The notes under the pieces were generated by a model. That model did not search any database and was not told the origin of the DNA. It worked only from the letters and a program-made list of their open reading frames with translations. Below are positions 58,269 through 64,000 of a DNA stretch of 64,000 nucleotides, piece after piece. The stretch is from positions 3,228 through 67,227 of the forward strand of contig JBAQNS010000009.1 of the NCBI GenBank assembly GCA_049304015.1, written 5' to 3'. This stretch comes from Minisyncoccia bacterium (GTDB taxonomy: Bacteria > Patescibacteriota > Minisyncoccia > Phycocordibacterales > Zambryskibacteraceae). The position numbers were made by a program, and so were the translations under genes. Position 1 is the first letter of the stretch. Each line of letters begins with the position of its first letter.

Positions 58269-58274
58269 TTATTT

Positions 58275-58742
58275 ATGTACAACCCAGATATAGTTTCAAT
58301 TTTTTTTGAGCTTGTGATAGCAATGCTACTCGGTGCCTGTCTTGGACTCGAGAGGACCTTCGCAGGTAAAACTGCCGGTATGAGAACTTATGGACTTGTA
58401 GCCATGGGTTCCTGTCTATTTATTATTCTTAGTAAGCTAGTGACTCCGGTCGCAGATCCTGGCTCACCAGGGCATATGTATGTTCTCCAAGGTTTAATTA
58501 TGGGTATTGGTTTTATTGGTGGAGGGGCAATTCTTCATAACCATAATCACAATCAGGACCACACATCAGGGATTACAACTGCAGCAGGACTATGGATTAC
58601 TGCTGGTATTGGTGCCACTGTCGGATATGGATACATGCCTATTGCCTTTTTTGTGACCGTGGCCACACTCTTTGCTTTCACTGTACTATGGTTTTTTGAA
58701 CATAAAATTACTGGCAATAGCTTGAGAAAAACTGATAATTAA
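58275..58742 (+). CDS. MgtC/SapB family membrane protein
   Basis: MLLGACLGLERTFAGKTAGMRTYGLVAMGSCLF is typical of the MgtC N-terminal domain. Confidence 0.75.
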   Translation: MYNPDIVSIFFELVIAMLLGACLGLERTFAGKTAGMRTYGLVAMGSCLFIILSKLVTPVADPGSPGHMYVLQGLIMGIGFIGGGAILHNHNHNQDHTSGITTAAGLWITAGIGATVGYGYMPIAFFVTVATLFAFTVLWFFEHKITGNSLRKTDN

Positions 58743-59338
58743 TGGACGAACGTACACAGAGGTTAAAAGAAATTAAAGACGAGGTTATAAACCTAAGGGC
58801 TTCACCTTTATATGAGGAAAGAATAAAAAATAATGTCCTCCCAGTCATAGGTGAAGGCGACCACTATGCCAAAATTGTGTTTGTAGGCGAGGCGCCAGGA
58901 GAGAATGAAGCCAAAACTGGCAAACCTTTTTGTGGTCGTTCAGGGAAACTGCTGGATGAGTTATTAATTTCTATAGGGATACCAAGAGAGACAGTTTATG
59001 TGACAAATATAGTGAAAGATCGTCCACCCAAAAATCGAGATCCACTACCAAGTGAAATAGATATCTATGCTCCGTTTTTGGATAGACAAATTGAAATTAT
59101 TAAACCTAAAGTAATAGCTACTCTTGGTCGGTTTTCTATGCAGTACATAATGAATCGCTATGGTTTAGACTTTGAGCTTGGACCTATTAGTTCACTACAC
59201 GGCAACGTCTTTGAATCAGAGATAGGAGGAGAAAAGGTAAAAGTTGTACCTCTATATCATCCTGCTGTGGCTATATATAATCAACATTCTAAAGCCACAC
59301 TATTTGATGATTTCAAAATTCTAAAAACTCTCATTTAG
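58742..59338 (+). CDS. Uracil-DNA glycosylase, family 4
   Basis: GEAPGENEAKTGKPFCGRSGKLLD motif A and the HPA motif (HPAVAIYN). Confidence 0.8.
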   Translation: MDERTQRLKEIKDEVINLRASPLYEERIKNNVLPVIGEGDHYAKIVFVGEAPGENEAKTGKPFCGRSGKLLDELLISIGIPRETVYVTNIVKDRPPKNRDPLPSEIDIYAPFLDRQIEIIKPKVIATLGRFSMQYIMNRYGLDFELGPISSLHGNVFESEIGGEKVKVVPLYHPAVAIYNQHSKATLFDDFKILKTLI

Positions 59339-59353
59339 TGTTATATTGCTTCT

Positions 59354-61099
59354 ATGAATTCGAACGACATTCGCAGTAAATATCTGAGGTTTTTTGAAGA
59401 AAAAGATCACAAAATTATACCTTCTGCTTCTTTAATACCAGAAAACGACCCTTCGGTTCTTTTTACCACAGCAGGCATGCATCCATTGGTACCATTTCTA
59501 CTTGGAGAAAAGCACCCTGCTGGGAATCGCCTCACAGACGTCCAAAAATGCATTCGTACAGGAGATATAGACGAAGTGGGGGATTATTCACACCATACTT
59601 TTTTTGAAATGTTGGGAAATTGGTCACTTGGTGATTATTTTAAAGAAAATGCCATAAGGTGGAGTTTTGAATTCCTTACTTCGGACAAATGGCTTGGGTT
59701 AGACAAAAATAAAATTGCAGTTTCAGTTTTTAGAGGAGATGAAGATGCGCCTTTTGATGAGGAAGCCTATAACATTTGGAAAGATTTAGGTATTAGTGAG
59801 AGCAGAATTGCAAAGCTTCCAAAGAAAAACAATTGGTGGGGACCAGCCGGAGAAACAGGTCCATGTGGACCAGATACAGAAATGTTTTATTGGGTAGGAG
59901 ATTTAAATAATGTGCCAGATAGTTTCAATGATGATAATCCACTTTGGCTTGAAATTTGGAATGATGTTTTCATGCAATACAATAAAACTAAAGATGGTAA
60001 ATTTGAGCCCTTAATCCAAAAAAATGTAGACACAGGAATGGGGTTAGAAAGAACTCTTGCTGTAGTTAATGGTCTAGATGATAACTACAAAACAGAGTTA
60101 TTCTGGCCAATCATTAAAAAAATTGAAGAATTATCGGGTAAGAAATATGAGGAAAACCAAAAAGCAATGCGTATTATTGCTGACCATATTAAAGCAGCCA
60201 CATTTATTCTTGGTGACGAGAAGGGAATTGCTCCATCAAACACAGGCCAAGGATACGTACTAAGAAGATTAATTAGACGAGCTGTAAGATATGGAAGACA
60301 ACTTGGTATTATGTCGTTCACTAGTGATACCGCTGAAGTAATAATAAATATTTACAGCAGTATTTATCCAGAGCTGCTAAAAAACAAAAGTTTTACTCTC
60401 AACAACTTTAAAATAGAAGAAGATAAGTTTGAAAAAACCCTTGAGAACGGTATTAAGGAATTTGAGAAAGGTACAGATGCTTTCACTCTCTTTACTTCTT
60501 ATGGCTTCCCATTAGAACTAAGTGTTGAGATGGCCAGGGAAATTGGAAAGGTTATCGATGTAGAAGAATTTAATAGAAAATTCAAAGAACATCAAAAACT
60601 TTCTCAAACATCATCTGCAGGTATGTTTAAAGGTGGTTTATCTGACGCCAGTGAGGAAAATACTAAGTTACACACTGCCACCCACATGCTCCATCAAGCC
60701 TTGCATGATGTTCTTGGAGACGAAGTCGGCCAAAAGGGAAGCAATATCACTTCAGAAAGACTACGCTTTGACTTTTCATTTCCACGCAAACTTACAGATG
60801 AAGAAAAGAAAAGAGTAGAGGAAATAGTTAATCAAAAAATAGAAGATGCTCTACCAATGCAAAATGTAATTCTCCCTAAAGTTGAAGCAGAAAAGATTGG
60901 TGCCAGACATTTTTTTGACCAAAAGTATCCAGATCAAATTTCTATTTATTTTATAGGCAATTCTCTTGAATCTGCCTGGTCCAAGGAATTTTGTGGAGGT
61001 CCCCATGTGAAGAATACGAAGGAACTCGGAAAATTTAGAATCACCAAAGAAGAGGCAGTATCTGCTGGTGTCAGAAGAATCAAAGCGGTGCTAGAATAA
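59354..61099 (+). CDS. alaS: Alanine--tRNA ligase (truncated form: catalytic plus editing core, no C-Ala domain)
   Basis: Class II aaRS motifs (FTTAGMHP, FFEMLGNWSLGDYFK) and the editing-site HxxxH...CGGPH (HTATHMLHQALH...CGGPHV); 581 aa. Confidence 0.85.
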   Translation: MNSNDIRSKYLRFFEEKDHKIIPSASLIPENDPSVLFTTAGMHPLVPFLLGEKHPAGNRLTDVQKCIRTGDIDEVGDYSHHTFFEMLGNWSLGDYFKENAIRWSFEFLTSDKWLGLDKNKIAVSVFRGDEDAPFDEEAYNIWKDLGISESRIAKLPKKNNWWGPAGETGPCGPDTEMFYWVGDLNNVPDSFNDDNPLWLEIWNDVFMQYNKTKDGKFEPLIQKNVDTGMGLERTLAVVNGLDDNYKTELFWPIIKKIEELSGKKYEENQKAMRIIADHIKAATFILGDEKGIAPSNTGQGYVLRRLIRRAVRYGRQLGIMSFTSDTAEVIINIYSSIYPELLKNKSFTLNNFKIEEDKFEKTLENGIKEFEKGTDAFTLFTSYGFPLELSVEMAREIGKVIDVEEFNRKFKEHQKLSQTSSAGMFKGGLSDASEENTKLHTATHMLHQALHDVLGDEVGQKGSNITSERLRFDFSFPRKLTDEEKKRVEEIVNQKIEDALPMQNVILPKVEAEKIGARHFFDQKYPDQISIYFIGNSLESAWSKEFCGGPHVKNTKELGKFRITKEEAVSAGVRRIKAVLE

Positions 61100-61100
61100 A

Positions 61101-62240
61101 GTGATGAAACTGTGGTCCAAATCAAGTGATGACAAAACAATATTGGTTTTGGATATTTCTTCTGGATCAGTTGGAGCTGGACTCATTAGACTCAAGTCAG
61201 ATAGCATCCCTCTTATTCTAAATACTTCTAGAGTCCCTTTATATCTTTCGAATAAACCAAATCTTGAGTCAATAGAAAAGGCTCTAATAAAAAGTGTCAG
61301 AGAGGCTATAAGTAATGTTGGGAATATGAGTGTTGATAAGGTATTAGTATCATTTTCATCTCCATGGATAGCTTCAAGACTCAGGACATATATGGAAAAG
61401 TCTGAAAAGCCCTTTACTGTGAATCAGAAGTTAATAAGAAATGTTTTGGAGAAAGAAGAAGAAATTTTTATAAATGATCTATCTAAGAGGTACATAGACG
61501 AGAGTGTGATGTTTGATTCAAAAATAACAAGCATCGCATTAAATGGTTATGAATCAGATTTATCTTCTTCCCAAAAAACTACTGATTTGAAAATTCAATT
61601 TATGCTTTATGCCGGTCAAAAATCATTAATCAATAAAATTGAAGAAGAGATAACTAGTTTGATTGGTGTGAGGGATGGATTGGTACTTGAAAACTTCATG
61701 TTCATATTCATGAAGGTATTCACAAAAACATTTCATAATATGCATTCTGTATTATTAGTGAACATGTCCAATGAAGCTTTGGATTTATTACTCATAAAGG
61801 AATCGTGCCCGCTGGTTACTATTTCATTACCATTTGGTCCAGCTTATATGGCCAGAGCTATTCAAAAAGAATTCAATGTTCCACTTGAAGTAGCTTATTC
61901 ATATATTTCGCTTTTTTCAGATAATGTTTTAGATACTAAAACTAAAGAGAGAATTGATAATTTATTTGAAAGAATTGAAGCCAAATGGGGGGAATCTTGG
62001 AACAAAGTCACAAGTGAAATACCAAAAGATCAAGTTATTCCTTATAAAATATTCTTAATTGGGGCCGCCCAAAATGAATCTATTATTAAGACTTTACTGT
62101 CTGGCACTTTTGATAATCACAAGGTAGAACAAATAAATAAAAATAGTGAGTTCATAAAACTCATAACAAAATTCTCTGATGAATCTAGAGTTGATGAAAG
62201 GCTTTCAATCCTGTCAGCATACTCAAACTTGAGTTTTTAG
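61101..62240 (+). CDS. Hypothetical actin-fold (PilM/FtsA-like) protein
   Basis: The N-terminal ILVLDISSGSVGAGLIRL resembles the phosphate-1 motif of PilM/FtsA/Ppx-type ATPases; the rest is unassigned. Confidence 0.4.
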   Translation: MMKLWSKSSDDKTILVLDISSGSVGAGLIRLKSDSIPLILNTSRVPLYLSNKPNLESIEKALIKSVREAISNVGNMSVDKVLVSFSSPWIASRLRTYMEKSEKPFTVNQKLIRNVLEKEEEIFINDLSKRYIDESVMFDSKITSIALNGYESDLSSSQKTTDLKIQFMLYAGQKSLINKIEEEITSLIGVRDGLVLENFMFIFMKVFTKTFHNMHSVLLVNMSNEALDLLLIKESCPLVTISLPFGPAYMARAIQKEFNVPLEVAYSYISLFSDNVLDTKTKERIDNLFERIEAKWGESWNKVTSEIPKDQVIPYKIFLIGAAQNESIIKTLLSGTFDNHKVEQINKNSEFIKLITKFSDESRVDERLSILSAYSNLSF

Positions 62241-62292
62241 TCATCCACATATTGCAGTGTTCGGGATTTGATATACAATTGTAATTAAATAT

Positions 62293-63621
62293 ATGCCAAG
62301 AAACATTGAAGATATCATCGTGCCAGAAAAAAATGATAGGAAGTCTATTCGCAATATCCCGATCCCTGAAGGCAGGGTGAGAAATGAGAGGAAAATTCCA
62401 ATTAATATTCATCCTTCTAAGTCAGAAATGAATGATAGGAAAATTGAGAAAAACGCAGATGAAGATTCTAGCTTTATATTTAAACCAAAAAAGAGATCCC
62501 CTAAAAAAGTTATAATTATTTCTTCTGTTGTTGGGTTATTGTTAGTAATATTTGCTTTACTATCTATTTTCAAAAGTGCCACTCTTACTTATGATCCAAA
62601 GATTTTTAATCTAACATTTAATAAGGATTCTTATACTGCCTATAAAACTGGTGGAGAGAAAGATTTAATGTTTAGTGTCATAAAGCTTTCAGGTACAAAG
62701 GGGGTTGAAGCCAAAGCCAGCGGTGAGGAGAAGGTGTCTATAAAGGCTAATGGCAAGGCGGTGGTGTATAACAACACTGATACAGTGGTGAAGCTTATAA
62801 GAAATACTAGATTCCAAGCAGTCGATGGGAAAATCTTTAGAATTTTGGCAGACATAAGTGTTCCAGCTAAAAAAGGCACTACCCCTGGATCACTTGAGGT
62901 TAATCTATATGCTGATGTAGCAGGAGTTGAATACAACATAGGTTTGACTGATTTTACTGTCCCCGGACTCAAGGGTGACCCAAAATATTCAAAAGTTTAT
63001 GCAAGGTCTAAAACAGCTATGACTGGAGGTTTTGTCGGTGTTAGAAAACAAGTAAGTGATACTGATTTGGCTAAGGCTAAAGCAACATTGGAAGTAACTT
63101 TGAAATCTGAACTTATGCTTCAAGCCAAAGCACAAGTACCAGCAGACTTTATACTCTATCCAAATTTGATTGTTATTAATTATTCTGATTTGCCACAAAC
63201 TTCACCGAAAGCAGATTCAGTGACTCTAAACGAGCAGGCTGATTTCTATGGGGTGATGTTTAAAAGAAGCGATTTAAACAATTATCTGGCTCAAAAGAAA
63301 GCTAGCCAAGGCATCATAGGGAGTGTTGAGATTGTTGATTTGGCATCATTGGATGCCACCTTACAGAAACAATCTACACAGGATTTTATTAAAGCTGAAC
63401 AAATTAGTTTTGAATTGTCTGGTAATGCAAGAGCAGTAGCCATAGTGCCAGAGGAGAATTTAAAGAAAGATTTAGTCGGTTCAAATAAATCAGATTTGGC
63501 TAGTATTCTAATAAAATATCCAAGTATCGATAATGCGCATGTGAAAATTCATCCATTTTGGAAAAATTCATTCCCAACAAACGTAAACGACATCAAAATA
63601 ATAAAAAACCCTTTAAAATAA
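62293..63621 (+). CDS. Hypothetical bitopic membrane protein with large extracytoplasmic domain
   Basis: Charged N-terminus, a single TM helix (VIIISSVVGLLLVIFALLSIF) and a ~350-aa C-terminal domain. Confidence 0.45.
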   Translation: MPRNIEDIIVPEKNDRKSIRNIPIPEGRVRNERKIPINIHPSKSEMNDRKIEKNADEDSSFIFKPKKRSPKKVIIISSVVGLLLVIFALLSIFKSATLTYDPKIFNLTFNKDSYTAYKTGGEKDLMFSVIKLSGTKGVEAKASGEEKVSIKANGKAVVYNNTDTVVKLIRNTRFQAVDGKIFRILADISVPAKKGTTPGSLEVNLYADVAGVEYNIGLTDFTVPGLKGDPKYSKVYARSKTAMTGGFVGVRKQVSDTDLAKAKATLEVTLKSELMLQAKAQVPADFILYPNLIVINYSDLPQTSPKADSVTLNEQADFYGVMFKRSDLNNYLAQKKASQGIIGSVEIVDLASLDATLQKQSTQDFIKAEQISFELSGNARAVAIVPEENLKKDLVGSNKSDLASILIKYPSIDNAHVKIHPFWKNSFPTNVNDIKIIKNPLK

Positions 63622-63645
63622 GGAAATTTAGTATACAATACATAA

Positions 63646-63861
63646 ATGGCAGAAAATAAAGATCTAGAGAGAACAGCTATAGTAATGGAGGCACTCCCAA
63701 ACATTATGTTCAAGGTCAGAATTGAAGGTGAAGAGACAGAATCATTGGCTTATCTTTCAGGTAAAATGAGGCTACACAGAATCCGTGTTTTAGTTGGAGA
63801 TAAGGTAATTTTGCAGTTAGAACCATATGGAGGTAAGGCAAAAATCATAAAAAGACTCTAA
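63646..63861 (+). CDS. infA: Translation initiation factor IF-1
   Basis: S1-like fold sequence AIVMEALPNIMFKVRIEGEETESLAYLSGKMRLHRIRVLVGDKV. Confidence 0.9.
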   Translation: MAENKDLERTAIVMEALPNIMFKVRIEGEETESLAYLSGKMRLHRIRVLVGDKVILQLEPYGGKAKIIKRL

Positions 63862-63926
63862 ATGATGGTTTTTTCTAACTTAAAGGTTTGACAAATTTAT
63901 AAAGTTAGCTAAAATAGCTATTCACT

Positions 63927-64000
63927 ATGAAAGTTAAAGCTTCAGTCAAAAAGATATGCTCAAAATGCCAAATTGTAAGGCGTAAGGGCTATGTCTATGT
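63927..64000 (+). CDS. rpmJ: 50S ribosomal protein L36 (3' end outside window)
   Basis: MKVKASVKKICSKCQIVRRKGYVYV matches the L36 zinc-ribbon N-terminus. Confidence 0.8.
   Translation, partial: MKVKASVKKICSKCQIVRRKGYVY

Noticed and set aside
1-64000. CRISPR arrays, integrases, transposases, prophage structural genes
   Set aside because: None were recognised. The only repeats are short palindromic elements and terminator hairpins.

Overview
The window reads as a low-GC (roughly 33-36%) chromosome segment using the standard genetic code, with tightly packed and often shortened housekeeping genes (short HisRS, AlaRS, YchF, UvrC), which is typical of Patescibacteria/CPR-like bacteria. The core gene order is: rpoB (3' end), rpoC, dnaG, rpoD, a MazG/HisE-like NTP pyrophosphohydrolase, then a DUF2779-like nuclease, DsbA-like protein, uppP, a 3'-5' exonuclease, hisS, truB, a REC-only response regulator, typA, tRNA-Asn, cupin, an AI-2E transporter, hpf, a strongly promoted GC-rich candidate ncRNA, fmt-def-priA, mreB, tgt, uvrB, uvrA, uvrC, ddl, and a divergent tRNA-Ala(TGC) with an unusual tRNA-like Ala(GGC). 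Downstream of the tRNAs is an accessory-looking stretch (34-49.6 kb). It holds a NUDT9-like Nudix hydrolase, a zinc-ribbon mini-protein, a flavodoxin-like oxidoreductase and four surface/secreted proteins: two parallel-beta-helix proteins (the first with a DUF3494 N-terminus), a frame-split MBG-domain gene, and a CAP domain protein. All of the surface proteins except the CAP protein end in one conserved C-terminal heptad/coiled-coil module. It also holds an NrtR-like regulator, a 4.7-kb high-GC (about 57%) island carrying four genes, and a Pol-beta-type nucleotidyltransferase; the island is described in the next paragraph. The window ends with ychF, leuS, a sigma-region-4 plus HARE-HTH protein, mltG, mnmA, an ATP-cone plus Mrr-nuclease fusion, mgtC, a family-4 UDG, alaS, an actin-fold (PilM/FtsA-like) protein, infA and the start of rpmJ. 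The most system-like candidate for something new is the high-GC island, horizontally acquired judging by its composition and codon usage. Its four genes encode an APH/protein-kinase-like phosphotransferase, a vWA (MIDAS) protein, a divergent PurA-family (adenylosuccinate-synthetase-like) enzyme with a remodelled aspartate pocket, and a HeH-domain protein. Other notable signals are a ~300-nt GC-rich transcript with a consensus sigma70 promoter and terminator, a PriA whose helicase motifs look degenerate, a 27-31-nt GC-rich palindromic element inserted in-frame twice in uvrC and once across the uvrA stop codon, and a Lys-rich histone-like tail on sigma-70. No CRISPR array, integrase or transposase was seen.
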